From NCBI GenBank assembly GCA_963733195.1, contig CAVTCR010000030.1:1-55926 (forward strand): a stretch of DNA of 55,926 nucleotides, written 5' to 3'. This DNA is from an uncultured delta proteobacterium (GTDB taxonomy: Bacteria; Desulfobacterota; Binatia; Bin18). Made by a program: the position numbers and the translations under genes. Under the pieces are notes generated by a model. The model searched no databases. It saw nothing but the letters and a program-made list of their open reading frames with translations, and had not been told where the DNA came from. Positions 1 through 10,805 of the stretch are shown piece after piece (within the stretch, counting starts at the first letter, position 1; every line of letters starts with the position of its first letter).

Positions 1-1039
1 CCAGTCCAGGGAAGTCGCTCGCCCACAGGAAGTTCTGTAACCCGACCTCCGGCACGCGCCGAAACCCGCCCTCTTCTTCGACCTCGAACGTAAAGAAGAC
101 TTGCCGCTTTACAAACTCGCTGGGTTTCTCAGACAGTAGAATATCGGGCTGAAAGACACGCGCCGAGGGATCGCCCCAATCGTACTCTCGGTCGAAGCGC
201 CAGAACAGAAATGGCACCCACCCGACACCAGCCTCTTCGAGGACAAAGCGAACACCGGGATGGCGATCGCAGATCCCAGCGAACACGACCGCGCTCATCA
301 GGTCCGCCATCGGTCCCATCGGGAAGCTCGCCACTTTCATCAGGAGCTGATTGCGTGGTTCTAGGCCTGCGACGCCCTCGCCTAACTGCCGTGACCCACC
401 AAGAGGGTGCGCGTGCAAGTTAACTGGCAAGCGTGTCTCCGCAGCTGCCGCCCACACCGGCTCCCACATCTGGTGCAACACCGGTTGCGGCGCATTCGCC
501 CAGTCGAAGATGACACCAGTCGGCAAGCCGAACGCTGCCACCCGTAGCAGCTCGGCCACCGCTTCCTCTGGGGTCTGGCATGGTAACGGGAGCAGCATGA
601 TGAACCGGCCGTTCGACTCCTCATACAGCTCTCGCGCCCAATCGTTGACGACTTGCACGCAGGCGGTCCGCAGTTCAGCATCTTTGATGGCTGCAATTTG
701 CTCATACGGCCCGTTGACGAGTTCGGCATCCACCCCATCCCGGTCCATATCTTCGCAGCGATACTTGGCATTGGCAGCGCGGAAGATCCCTGGCTCCGGC
801 TCTTCCGCAACTCCCGCACGCGCATAGCAGGAGACTTTTCCCCAGCCCAGGCCACTCCAACCCACACCACTCCAGGGCCGTCCTTCCACGATCCACTGCC
901 GAGCACCGTCGGGCTTTGTCACCACTCTCGGTCCGGTGTCCTGGAACTTCTTGGGGAGTCGCTTTGTCCACAAGTCGAAGGGCAAGTGCATCACCCGGCA
1001 ATGCCCATCCGCTGAGATCACGCCAAATTTTTTCTCCAT
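1..1039 (-). CDS. Amidohydrolase family protein (Amidohydro_2), 3' end runs off the window
   Basis: Not in the ORF track because there is no stop in the window. Manual translation from ATG 1039 (RBS GAAAGGAGG) gives MEKKFGVISADGH...EDMDRDGVDAE...NLHAHP...FLWASDFPG, typical Amidohydro_2 motifs. Confidence 0.9.
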   Translation of the reverse strand, partial: MEKKFGVISADGHCRVMHLPFDLWTKRLPKKFQDTGPRVVTKPDGARQWIVEGRPWSGVGWSGLGWGKVSCYARAGVAEEPEPGIFRAANAKYRCEDMDRDGVDAELVNGPYEQIAAIKDAELRTACVQVVNDWARELYEESNGRFIMLLPLPCQTPEEAVAELLRVAAFGLPTGVIFDWANAPQPVLHQMWEPVWAAAAETRLPVNLHAHPLGGSRQLGEGVAGLEPRNQLLMKVASFPMGPMADLMSAVVFAGICDRHPGVRFVLEEAGVGWVPFLFWRFDREYDWGDPSARVFQPDILLSEKPSEFVKRQVFFTFEVEEEGGFRRVPEVGLQNFLWASDFPGL

Positions 1040-1230
1040 GTCGAGTCCCTCCTTTCAGTAGGTTGACCGCTTACACCTTCCTTATAAGAACGTGTCCTGC
1101 ACATTGCTATGGGAGTGCCAGGGCACCGGGTTGCGTCGGCAACCTCTGGCGTTCGCTGATGCATGTGACATTTTCTCTCTTTCGTGTTGTCGGATGGGCA
1201 CGCAAGCCGTTGCGTGCCCCATGCTTGGCT

Positions 1231-2973
1231 TTATCTTGGAATAATCGGCAAGACGACATGCGACGGACGCCGATCGTCGTGGAAGACTTGTTGCAGTGCC
1301 GGTTCTACGCGGGTTGCCTCACGACTCTGTTCTCCTGTTTGCGGATTCCGATCAAAACGCGGAAAGTTGGAGCTGGCGATCTCCAGGCGGATCCGATGCC
1401 CGGCTTTGAAGACATTGCTCGTTGCCCACAGGTCAATCGTGTATGCGTACACTTCTCCCGGTTTCAGCAATGTTCCCTGTGTTCGTGACTCGCGATACCG
1501 GGCGCGGAGAATCCCATCCGTCAGATTGCGGGCAAAGCCATCAGGATGCACATCGACGAGTTTACCGGTGAAGTCCGTGTCGACTGCACTGGTCGCGGCA
1601 AAAAGTGTGAGAGTCACCGGACCAGTCACTTCGACCTCGCGCTCCAACACCGCCGTCGTATACACGAGCACATCAGGGCGTGCTTCTATGGCCCGTTGGT
1701 CATGCGCTCCGCCAGGGAGTTCGGCTGGCCAACAACAGAGCCCACCTCCTTTCGTGGGCACTGGATTGCGCGGGTCGGACACGTAGACATCCGCGGGCTC
1801 GCTGCGCGGCGGTTGCGGGCTCAAAGACCCGTCGCCGTGCAGGCTGTTCGCTTTGCCGTCACTGTGGAGGTAGTACTTCGTATACTGTGTCCGCGCCAAT
1901 GGCCATTCATTCTCTGAGCGCCAACGATTCTCTCCCATCACAAACAGACGCACCGGCGGTTCTTCGAGCACACCGTTCTGCTTCCCTTTGAGCCAATAGT
2001 CGAACCACTTGAGTTGGAGTCCATCAATATCTACCGCGAGCGCAGTACTGGAAAGGCCATAGTTGACCTCACCTACGACGTTATTGGGTGGCCATGCGTG
2101 TTGCCAGGGGCCGATGATGAGTCGTTGTCCTTGGCGCGCTTCCGGCGTGGCACCATGTTCGCGCAGGCCACTATAGTTGCGGATAGTCCCGCCGAGGAAG
2201 ATGTCATACCACCCACCAAGATTGCAGGCAGGAATCCGAATCTTGTTGTAGTGCTTCTCAATATTCCATTGCGCCCAGTAGTCATCGTCATCGGGGTGCG
2301 CAAGCCAATCATAGAAGTAGGGAGCGGCGTCCTGAAAGAACGGAAAGTCCTTGAGCGGCAGATGGCGGAACCATTGGCACATGTCGTCCACGCCCTGCAT
2401 CAACGCAGCAAGGCGTTCTCCCGCTTCTGGCTGTGTCCGCATCAAGCGCTGCAGCGTATCCGGTGCCAAGGAGGTCATCGTCCAGCTTTCGTTGAAGCCG
2501 AGGGCAAACGCCCCACCTTGGTACGCCCACCCCTCGTGGTAGTGCGAGGCCGTAATGAGAGGAAAGATGGCCTTCAAGTGTGGCGGTTGAGCAATGGTCG
2601 CCAGCCATTGCGTTGCCCCAACGTACGAAGCACCATACATCCCGACGTTCCCATTGGACCACGACTGCACCGCACACCATTCAACTGTGTCGTAGCCGTC
2701 AAGAATATCATCGCGAAAGGTATAGAACTCTCCTTCCGAGGCATACCGTCCACGCGAGTCCTGGATAACGACAACATATCCTTCACTGGCTGCACGCATG
2801 ACGTCGAGCAACATGGTCGAGATGATGTTCAAGTTTTTATTATAGGGGGTGCGCTGGAGCAGCACGGGATACGTTCCTGCGGCGGCAGGTCGATAGACGT
2901 CGGCGCGTAGGACGATACCGTCGCGCATCGGCACAGCCACATTCTTTTCCACGACAATCGTTAGTTCAGACAT
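1231..2973 (-). CDS. CocE/NonD family hydrolase (peptidase S15-like)
   Basis: VPMRDG..LRADVYRP, QRTPY, QDSRGRYASEG, nucleophile motif GASYVG, GPWQH, C-terminal SSNFPRFDRNP. Confidence 0.95.
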   Translation of the reverse strand: MSELTIVVEKNVAVPMRDGIVLRADVYRPAAAGTYPVLLQRTPYNKNLNIISTMLLDVMRAASEGYVVVIQDSRGRYASEGEFYTFRDDILDGYDTVEWCAVQSWSNGNVGMYGASYVGATQWLATIAQPPHLKAIFPLITASHYHEGWAYQGGAFALGFNESWTMTSLAPDTLQRLMRTQPEAGERLAALMQGVDDMCQWFRHLPLKDFPFFQDAAPYFYDWLAHPDDDDYWAQWNIEKHYNKIRIPACNLGGWYDIFLGGTIRNYSGLREHGATPEARQGQRLIIGPWQHAWPPNNVVGEVNYGLSSTALAVDIDGLQLKWFDYWLKGKQNGVLEEPPVRLFVMGENRWRSENEWPLARTQYTKYYLHSDGKANSLHGDGSLSPQPPRSEPADVYVSDPRNPVPTKGGGLCCWPAELPGGAHDQRAIEARPDVLVYTTAVLEREVEVTGPVTLTLFAATSAVDTDFTGKLVDVHPDGFARNLTDGILRARYRESRTQGTLLKPGEVYAYTIDLWATSNVFKAGHRIRLEIASSNFPRFDRNPQTGEQSREATRVEPALQQVFHDDRRPSHVVLPIIPR

Positions 2974-2996
2974 AAGTTCTTCCTCCGATATAGCGC

Positions 2997-3206
2997 TCAG
3001 CAGTGGGCAGGTTGGGCAATACGACCATCATCCTCCCCTGGAGGATGCGTTTCCACTCCGTACTGTCTCTGCACGCATCGCGAGAGCGTAGCTTCACCCC
3101 GATGCAACGTGCTGCCATCTGTAGGTAAACGCATTTGGAGAACCCCATCCCGTCGCTCCATCTGGATGTGCCTGTACTTGTTCGCACACTCTTCAAAGCG
3201 CGCCAT
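2997..3206 (-). pseudogene. 5' remnant of an enoyl-CoA hydratase/isomerase-like gene
   Basis: Strong RBS (GAGGAGG) then MARFEECANKYRHIQMERRDGVLQMRL, which resembles crotonase N-termini. Similarity is lost after about 35 codons. Confidence 0.5.
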
Positions 3207-3347
3207 AGTGCCCCTCCTCTTTACGAAAGGGGATCTTACTGCACTGTGCTTCGTACAGTAAAGAAAGGTTGCCGAGTCGCTCACTGCCTATCGTGCTTAC
3301 CGAAGACTAGCAGAGTGTCGTCTTGACAACCAAAGGGGGGAAGTTTC

Positions 3348-4358
3348 ATGTACGCACACTATGTCCACAATCTCGTTTTCAGAGTCAGTGTACTGTCGTG
3401 TCTTTTGCTATCCACGACAGCACGTGCTGCCGATGTCGCCAAGAGTCCTCACGGACCCAACGACGAACTCGGCGTGCTGAACACATTGACTGCAGCGCAG
3501 AGTTTAGCGGTCCTTCAGCGCGTGAGTAGTGGTAAGGTGTATGATCTCAGTGTCGAGTATTTCGTCGGGATGCCAGGACTGGCCGATTTGGGGATGGGCG
3601 ATCCGCCATACCATATCTGGATGACGCACACGCCCAGTGGGATCAAGGTCGAAAAGCTCTCGCCTGCCGGCGGCCCGTCAGATCTGGCGCTTTATGATGA
3701 TGCGATCACCATGTCCACCCACAGTGGCACCCACTTCGATAGTTTGAATCACGTTGGCTACGGCGACAAAATCTTCAACGGTTTCGAAGCGACACGCTAC
3801 TTGGGGAACAAGGGATGGACCAAAGCAGGAGCCAACAAGATCCCACCGCTGATTACGCGTGGGATTCTCCTTGATCTCCCCGCTACTAAAGGAGTGGCGA
3901 TGCTGCCAGATGCGTATGAGATCACCACCGTTGATATCCAACAAACACTCAGCAAACAAGGAGTGCATCTTCAACCAGGAGATGCAGTACTGATTCGTAC
4001 CGGGCGGATGACGGTCTGGCCGGACGCCAAGAAATTCGTGCCCAACGAACCCGGTATAACCCGAGAGAGTGCGGCCTGGTTGATTGATCACGGCGCAGTG
4101 CTGTTGGGAGCAGACACGATGGGCGTCGAGAAATTTCCGATGGCCAAAGAAAGTGTGCATGCCTACGCCTTTGCCGAACGTGGCGTGTGTTTATTGGAGC
4201 TGGCGTGGTTGGAGGATCTGGCGAAAGACAAAGTGTACGAATTTGCCTTTATCGCGGCCCCACTCAAACTGCGTGGTGCGACCGGCGCTCCGGCTCGCCC
4301 ACTGGCGTTACCGCTTCGGCCTGAAAAACCCGCCGCTGCGAAAGCTGCTGGCCAATAA
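3348..4358 (+). CDS. Cyclase family (kynurenine formamidase-like) metal hydrolase with signal peptide
   Basis: HSGTHFD motif, RGILLD, GDAVLIRTG, PLKLRGATGAP. N-terminal hydrophobic stretch ending ARA. Confidence 0.9.
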   Translation: MYAHYVHNLVFRVSVLSCLLLSTTARAADVAKSPHGPNDELGVLNTLTAAQSLAVLQRVSSGKVYDLSVEYFVGMPGLADLGMGDPPYHIWMTHTPSGIKVEKLSPAGGPSDLALYDDAITMSTHSGTHFDSLNHVGYGDKIFNGFEATRYLGNKGWTKAGANKIPPLITRGILLDLPATKGVAMLPDAYEITTVDIQQTLSKQGVHLQPGDAVLIRTGRMTVWPDAKKFVPNEPGITRESAAWLIDHGAVLLGADTMGVEKFPMAKESVHAYAFAERGVCLLELAWLEDLAKDKVYEFAFIAAPLKLRGATGAPARPLALPLRPEKPAAAKAAGQ

Positions 4359-4604
4359 CGGGTCGGCTTGATCGGTGTGGAGACCTGTTACAAGGCAAAC
4401 CATTCGCCCCAGTATCGAAAGGAGAGAAATACGACACAGCCTGTGCGCGTGCAACGAGCGAGCTCTCTGCCAGAGTGGTTCCTAGATTTCCTCTATGCCG
4501 TTTTGCCCTACATTCGCATCCTTGGTATGGTAGCCATCGATATGTCAGTTCTATGGCTGTGATAACTAAGTGTTACTGTTGGAGAGGTCGAAAGGAGGAA
4601 CATC

Positions 4605-5546
4605 ATGGCTGCGAATACCGATTTGACTGAAGAACACGTGCGTGGCTTTTTCACTACGCTCAGCAACTGGGGCAAGTGGGGCCCTACCGATCAACTGGGC
4701 GCACTGAACTATATTACTCCGGAGAAGCGTCGGCGTGCCGGAGCGGAGGTGCGCGACGGACATTCGGTGTCTCTCTCGCTGCCGTTAGCGACACGACCCG
4801 CGCCGGATAATCCGACGCCGGTAACGCACTTGATGATCCAGACTGGCGCGCGCGGCGAGAGCGGTGGTTTGGTGGATGCACCGTATAGCGCCGACTATTT
4901 TGCCATCTCACCACATGGATTGGCGAATACGCATCTTGACGCCCTTTGTCACGTGTTCAGCCAGGGGAAGATGTATAACGGGTACCCAGCTAGTGACGTC
5001 ACCAGCCAGGGAGCCCGCAACGGTGCCATCGATGCGCTTAAAGATGGGATTGTCTCTCGCGGCGTGCTGATCGATGCCCCCCGCGTATTGGGACGTGAAT
5101 GGCTTGAACCGGGAGAAGCAATTTATCCTGCTGACCTCGAAGCAGCAGAGAAGTCCGGCAACTTTCGTGTGGAAGAAGGCGACATCCTCTTTGTTCGCAC
5201 TGGGCGCCACGTACGGCAAAAAGCGAAGGGACCGTGGAATTCGTTCAAGGAGGGATTAGCTGGTTTAGGTGCCGCCTGTTTACCGTGGCTCCATGAACGG
5301 AAGGTCGCCTTACTTGGCTGCGATGGGGTGAGTGATGTGCTTCCCAGCGGTTTTCCGAAAGTCACTATGCCGATTCACACGGTGGCCATCGTCACCATGG
5401 GCATTCATCTCATTGATAATTGTAATCTCGATGATGTTGCCGCTGCCTGTGCGGCGCGCTCACGCTGGACATTCCTGTGCGCCATCGCTCCCCTGGTCCT
5501 CATTCGCGGCACCGCCTCGCCTGTGAATCCGTTGGCGATATTTTAG
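4605..5546 (+). CDS. Cyclase family protein
   Basis: NWGKWGPTDQLGALN, HGLANTHLDALCH, GDILFVRTG, GTASPVNPLA. RBS AAAGGAGG. Confidence 0.92.
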   Translation: MAANTDLTEEHVRGFFTTLSNWGKWGPTDQLGALNYITPEKRRRAGAEVRDGHSVSLSLPLATRPAPDNPTPVTHLMIQTGARGESGGLVDAPYSADYFAISPHGLANTHLDALCHVFSQGKMYNGYPASDVTSQGARNGAIDALKDGIVSRGVLIDAPRVLGREWLEPGEAIYPADLEAAEKSGNFRVEEGDILFVRTGRHVRQKAKGPWNSFKEGLAGLGAACLPWLHERKVALLGCDGVSDVLPSGFPKVTMPIHTVAIVTMGIHLIDNCNLDDVAAACAARSRWTFLCAIAPLVLIRGTASPVNPLAIF

Positions 5547-5733
5547 ACAGCACCGGATCCCGGGTACGGAGTCCTGACATCTGACGGGCGTTGTCCTGCA
5601 GTCAACATGGCCGCAGGTTCCTTCCACACGCCGTTTACCAGACGAGTCGTACAGAGATGTACGACTCGGTGTTCAGTTCGCCGTGGACTCACGGGGGAGT
5701 AGCAACGCGGTGAAAACTGGCACCAGCCCCCTT

Positions 5734-6576
5734 CTAAAAGCTCGGCTTGGTCGCAAAGGGCGTCAATTGCAGTTCGTGTGTCCAACAGGATTTGTCTTGG
5801 GTGTGCAGGTAATAGAACGCCTCCGCGATCTTCACCGGATTCATCACCACCTCTGGCCGCTGCTGGGCTTGCGGCAGGGCGCGGGTACCGGGGGAGTCGA
5901 TGAGGCCGTCGATCACGACGTTGGCTACGTGTATGCCATGCTCGGAATACTCCTCCGTCAGCACCTGGGCCAGCGTGCGCATCATCACGCGCGGATAGTA
6001 GAGCGACTGGCCGGTTAGCCGCTTGCGCCCGCGCAAGGACGCCGCGTTATTCGAAATGAGGAACGTCCCGGCTCCGCGCTCGCGCATGGCGGGCAACACC
6101 TCCTTGGCGACCAAGAACGGGCCACGGCTGGAAATGTGTTGCGCGGTGTCGAACAGCTCAAGCGGGATATGCTCAAGCAATTCTTTCTCGGGCGGCAACT
6201 CCCGCCCCTCCAGATAACCCGCGTTGTAGATCACCACCTCTGGGTCCCCCACCTGCTCGCGAATCGTGGCGAACGCGTGGGAGATGGAGGCGGGCGACAC
6301 CAGGTCCAGCTCGACAATCATGCTGGCGCCGCCTTGCGCGCGGATGGCCTGCTCCAGCGCCGCCGCATTGGCGCGGTTCCGGGTCGTCAGCACCACGAAG
6401 AAGCCCTCCTGGGCAAACTTTTGGGCAATGGCACCGCCGATGCCCCAGCGGATGCTGACGGGGAGGTCGCTGTCGTCGAGCACCTTCCCATGCGCCAGTT
6501 TGGTATTGCGGCCATCGGCCTGCCACTTGGAGGTCGCCCCAATCACGACGGCGACCTGTTGACGGGGTGTGGTCAT
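5734..6576 (-). CDS. SDR family oxidoreductase
   Basis: VAVVIGA...GIGGAIA, YNAG, GIHVANVVIDGLI and WTHEL tail of atypical SDRs. Confidence 0.88.
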   Translation of the reverse strand: MTTPRQQVAVVIGATSKWQADGRNTKLAHGKVLDDSDLPVSIRWGIGGAIAQKFAQEGFFVVLTTRNRANAAALEQAIRAQGGASMIVELDLVSPASISHAFATIREQVGDPEVVIYNAGYLEGRELPPEKELLEHIPLELFDTAQHISSRGPFLVAKEVLPAMRERGAGTFLISNNAASLRGRKRLTGQSLYYPRVMMRTLAQVLTEEYSEHGIHVANVVIDGLIDSPGTRALPQAQQRPEVVMNPVKIAEAFYYLHTQDKSCWTHELQLTPFATKPSF

Positions 6577-6982
6577 AGCGGATTCCTTTCTGCGTGATGT
6601 CCACGGAAGGCTGGCCGGTTCATCTCATGGGAAGATAAATTCCCCAACACTAACTATCCCCTAGAGGTCCACACCAACCATGCGCATCTGAGACGTCTGT
6701 CCACGTTCCACGTCACGCAAGTATATGGGCATACGGCCACGTTCACAATGGCAAACCGCCGCATCCGTACAAAGCCTGTGGTCGTCTGTTTCGTTTTTGA
6801 CGAGCAGCCGAGACTCTCGCCTTCGCTTCGGCAAAGAACGCAAGCAACGGAGACCGGGCCAAAATATGAGTACGAGCGAGGAGAAAGAATGGTATGAGGC
6901 GGCGGGATGGTTGACCGCCCGCAGCGAAGGTGTTGTACAGACACGGTGCGCTCGGTCGGTTATCCTGAGGTTCAAGCGCATC

Positions 6983-8341
6983 ATGAAAAATATCGCCACC
7001 CTTCTGGCATTTTTTCCTAAGTTATCGTGGGTGCAGACCTGGCAGGTAATCCTCCATTTCAGCTTGTTTCTCTCCGCCATCGTGATGGGACTATTGGGGA
7101 CACGGCGGGCGTTTTTTATCCTGGCGCTGATTCCTCTCGCCTTCCTCCCTTTCTCGTATGCTCGGGTGCGGTTACACGCGTTTCTCGTCCAGCTGCTGAG
7201 CAGCCGGGAGCCGACCGCCCCATTACGTGTCGGCCTGACCAGTCTCGGCATCCTGTGTGACGTCGTCATGATTGCTCAACTGTTAACCGCAAGAGCCGGG
7301 CAACTGAATCCCCTCCTTCATGGTCCCGGCATCGCGTGGATTGGCGCTATCTGGTTTAGCGCTCACGGACTTTTCTTCCTCGGCTATGCGATCGCGAGAC
7401 TTGTCCACTGGCTTGTCCACCTCGTGCGTCAGACGCTTCTGCCTCGTTCCGCCGACGCTCCAGACCTCAGAATCTCTCCTGGACGTCGGCACTTCCTCCA
7501 GCAATTGGGCGTGCTGGGCGCGGGCGCGCCATTCTTCGTCTCACTGTCGAACGTCAAGCTCTCGTATAACTTTCGCGTAGAAGAACACGAGCTCACTCTC
7601 CCCCAGTGGCCACACGCCCTTGACGGTCTCCGTCTTGCCCACCTCTCTGATATCCATGTTGGCGGCTCGATGAATCGGGAGCGACTCTTACACATGGCGA
7701 GGCTCACGAACAACGCCAAGCCGGATATGGTCGTGCATACCGGCGACTTCCTGACCCATCGCAGTGGAGATTTTGACGCGCCGCTCTATGAGGCGCTGGC
7801 GCGGATCCGCGCTCCGTACGGACAATGGGCGTGTCTCGGGAATCATGACTTCGACGCGCCAGAACGGTTGGTGCACCGCCTCGAGCGGGCCGGCGTCACC
7901 GTGCTCCGGGATACAGTGGTGACAATGTCAGTTTGGGGTCAGCCTCTGGAAATTGCCGGACTGGATTATGTGTTTGGAGACCGAGAACGAAGCGCGTGGT
8001 ACACCCAGCTGATGCGCGTCTGGCCGTCCCGCACCGCAACCCCTCGCATACTCTTGAATCATGACCCACGCGCCTTCACCCTTCTCCCCGCGGAATGCGC
8101 GCATATCGTGCTGTCCGGGCACACGCATGGCGGTCAGGTCGGGGTGCAATGGGGCAAAGAGTCTGCGCTGACGGTGGTCGGGCTGTTGGGGATTCCCGAT
8201 CAAGGCGTCTTTCACCGAAGAGATATGACGTTATATGTCACTCGCTGTGTTGGCTTTTATGGGTACCCGATGCGGCTGGGCATTCCGCCAGAAATCGCCC
8301 TGCTGACGCTCCGAGCGCCACGATCACCATCTCCGTCATAA
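6983..8341 (+). CDS. Membrane-anchored metallophosphoesterase (YkuE/YaeI-like)
   Basis: DIH, TGDF, GNHD, NHDP, SGHTHGGQ motifs after N-terminal TM helices. Start placed at ATG 6983 within ORF 6725-8341. Confidence 0.9.
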   Translation: MKNIATLLAFFPKLSWVQTWQVILHFSLFLSAIVMGLLGTRRAFFILALIPLAFLPFSYARVRLHAFLVQLLSSREPTAPLRVGLTSLGILCDVVMIAQLLTARAGQLNPLLHGPGIAWIGAIWFSAHGLFFLGYAIARLVHWLVHLVRQTLLPRSADAPDLRISPGRRHFLQQLGVLGAGAPFFVSLSNVKLSYNFRVEEHELTLPQWPHALDGLRLAHLSDIHVGGSMNRERLLHMARLTNNAKPDMVVHTGDFLTHRSGDFDAPLYEALARIRAPYGQWACLGNHDFDAPERLVHRLERAGVTVLRDTVVTMSVWGQPLEIAGLDYVFGDRERSAWYTQLMRVWPSRTATPRILLNHDPRAFTLLPAECAHIVLSGHTHGGQVGVQWGKESALTVVGLLGIPDQGVFHRRDMTLYVTRCVGFYGYPMRLGIPPEIALLTLRAPRSPSPS

Positions 8342-8405
8342 TGGAACGTGCAGGCACTCCAATAGAGTCGCTCGATGGTCTCATATAGGGAGCCTAAATG
8401 AGATG

Positions 8406-8486
8406 TGTCATTGTACTGCGCGCTCGCCCTTCGACTGGGCTCAGGACAGGTCTCTCTGAGAGCCCCTTCCCTTCGCTCAGGGTGAC
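8406..8486. repeat. REP-like intergenic repeat
   Basis: CCCTTCGACTGGGCTCAGGACAGG and CCCTTCGCTCAGGGTGACA, opened by GTCA and closed by TGAC; resembles a common extragenic palindrome style. Confidence 0.5.
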
Positions 8487-8543
8487 AACTCTGGTATGAG
8501 AATCTCTTGCAGTCGGATTGAGTAGCAGAAGGGACAGGATCGT

Positions 8544-9980
8544 ATGAACAAACGCATTTATTTGAACGCTTTCCACATGAACTGTGTCGTGCATCAGTCG
8601 CCGGGATTGTGGGTACGCTCCGATGACCAGATGCACAAATACACGGATCTCCAGACCTGGATTGAACTGGCGAAACTCCTGGAACGCGGCAAACTGGATG
8701 CTCTGTTTTTGGCCGATGTGGTTGGGGTTTATGATGTGTTTCGCGGCACCCGCGAGGCTGCGGTTACTCAGGCGACGCAAATTCCGGTCAACGATCCGAT
8801 GCTATTGATTCCGGCGATGGCGGCGGCCACTGAGAACCTGGGCTTTGCCTTCACCAGTTCTATGTTGCAGTACCATCCGTTCACCTTTGCACGACTGATT
8901 TCCACTCTTGATCATCTCACCAAAGGCCGGATCGCCTGGAACGTGGTGACCTCATACTTGGAAAGTGCAGGGCGTAATTTTGGTCACTCCGGCTTAGCCG
9001 AGCACGATGAGCGGTACGATCTCGCTGATGAATATCTGGACGTTTGCTACAAGCTGTGGGAAAGCAGTTGGGAAGATGATGCCGTGGTCAAAGATCGTCA
9101 ACGTGGGATGTATGCTGATCCGCAGAAGATTCATAACGTCGAGCACGACGGTAAATACTTCCGTGTCCACGGCTGTCATCTGACGGAGCCGTCACCGCAA
9201 CGCACACCGGTGCTCTATCAGGCAGGGGCCTCACCGCGAGGGCGAGAATTTGCCGCACGACATGCCGAGTGTGTCTTTGTCATTGGCGCCAATCCTCAGG
9301 TCATAGGTCAATACGTGCAGGATACGCGTGAGAAAGTCCGGCTCCAGGGCAGAAATCCTGAGGATTTGATCTTCTTGGCGTACGTCAAAGTCATTACTGG
9401 AGACACGGAAGCAGCCGCGCGTCGGAAGTACGAGGAGTTCTTTGAGCAGATAAGTTACGATGGTGGGCTGGCACTGCTCAGTGGTTGGACGGGGATCGAC
9501 TTTGGCCAGTTTACGCCCGAGCAGCCACTCGAATACATCGAGACCAATGCGATCCGGACGTTGGTGCACGGATTTACCGAGGCCGATCCTAGTCGCAAAT
9601 GGACCCTCAGAGACTTAGCGAAATATGTGGGCATCGGCGGTGCGGGGCCGGTGCTCGTGGGCACGCCAGAACAAATTGCCGATTCCTTCCAAGACTGGAT
9701 TGACGCCGGGGTGGACGGTTTCAATCTGGCGTACGCGATCACTCCTGGTTCCTTTATCGATTTTATCGACGGCGTGGTGCCGGTGTTACAGAAGCGGGGC
9801 GTGATGCAAAAGGACTATCAGGAAGGAACACTCCGAGAGAAGCTGTTCGGCCGTGGCCAGGCGCGCGTGCGGAGTTCGCACCCGGCGGCGGCGTACCGAC
9901 GGTCATCGACGGGCGCGGCTCACGTCCCTGCGCCGGACTCTGGCAAAAAGGGAACGTCAGTCAACAGCGTACGTCACTAG
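8544..9980 (+). CDS. LLM-class flavin-dependent monooxygenase, NtaA/DmoA/SoxA(DszA) family
   Basis: LERGKLDALFLAD, STLDHLTKGRIAWNVVTS, HDERYDLADEY, PSPQRTPVLYQAGAS, GTLREKL. Confidence 0.95.
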   Translation: MNKRIYLNAFHMNCVVHQSPGLWVRSDDQMHKYTDLQTWIELAKLLERGKLDALFLADVVGVYDVFRGTREAAVTQATQIPVNDPMLLIPAMAAATENLGFAFTSSMLQYHPFTFARLISTLDHLTKGRIAWNVVTSYLESAGRNFGHSGLAEHDERYDLADEYLDVCYKLWESSWEDDAVVKDRQRGMYADPQKIHNVEHDGKYFRVHGCHLTEPSPQRTPVLYQAGASPRGREFAARHAECVFVIGANPQVIGQYVQDTREKVRLQGRNPEDLIFLAYVKVITGDTEAAARRKYEEFFEQISYDGGLALLSGWTGIDFGQFTPEQPLEYIETNAIRTLVHGFTEADPSRKWTLRDLAKYVGIGGAGPVLVGTPEQIADSFQDWIDAGVDGFNLAYAITPGSFIDFIDGVVPVLQKRGVMQKDYQEGTLREKLFGRGQARVRSSHPAAAYRRSSTGAAHVPAPDSGKKGTSVNSVRH

Positions 9981-10805
9981 TAGTGTGTAATTTTAAGAAC
10001 TCTTGCTCCTCCGTCTACAGATTGTAGAGGACTCGCCGAAAGAAACTCGACGTATATGGCCGGTATCGGATGGTCTTTTCTTTTAGCCGAACGAGAGTCC
10101 AGAGATAGAAAACACATTGTGAGTATACTGTCGAAAAGCCTTAAATGACCGGACTCTGATACTCTCTCTCCTTTTGATAAACCGTCGTAACCTGCCGACG
10201 CCGATTACGCGCCGCAGCCCAACCGAGTGTACGACCTCACTGTTACCGTGCGTCCACAATTCACGGACACAAAGCTCGCTACCGTTCACACCGGGCGCTA
10301 AAGTCCTTGAGCAACTACCCGCGAAATGCTGACGCACCCTGACAGTGAGACTACATGCCGACCTGCACGCAAACAGCCCGAAACGAGACGAATCGTTCTC
10401 ATCCCTCTAATATTGCTGTAAAGGTGAAGAAAAAGAGGAGGTTCCCTCTCAAAGCGGCGCTCCTTAGATGACGGCATAGTACTGTGACCAGTGCGGAGGT
10501 TGTAGCCGCGCCTGCTCTCCTACTTTTCGGTATCCTTAAGTGACTTTTCAGTTTCTCCCTCTCCCATACCCATTACAACCAACCAGCACCACTTATCCTA
10601 GTAAACGAATCGATGCAGGTGTGCCGCGCGACGGCACACCTGCGTCACGCCTCTAGGGTAATGAGCATCACAAAAGCACCCCTCCTCCCGATACGAATTC
10701 GGTCGCCGTGTTTGCTTGCAGTTTTGCACCACGCAGTGGCATCTGTTGCTCTGACTCAGATTCCCTGTGGATATCCATCCACCCACTTACACTGAGGAGG
10801 TCAAG

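Noticed and set aside
211-1015. Listed short ORFs at the window start, and long antisense ORFs such as 2014-2910 and 17603-18511
   Set aside because: They are shadow frames of real genes or elements; the true gene at 1-1039 is missing from the track because it lacks a stop in the window.
6725-6982. N-terminal extension of the metallophosphoesterase
   Set aside because: The peptide does not look conserved or protein-like; ATG 6983 directly precedes the TM region.
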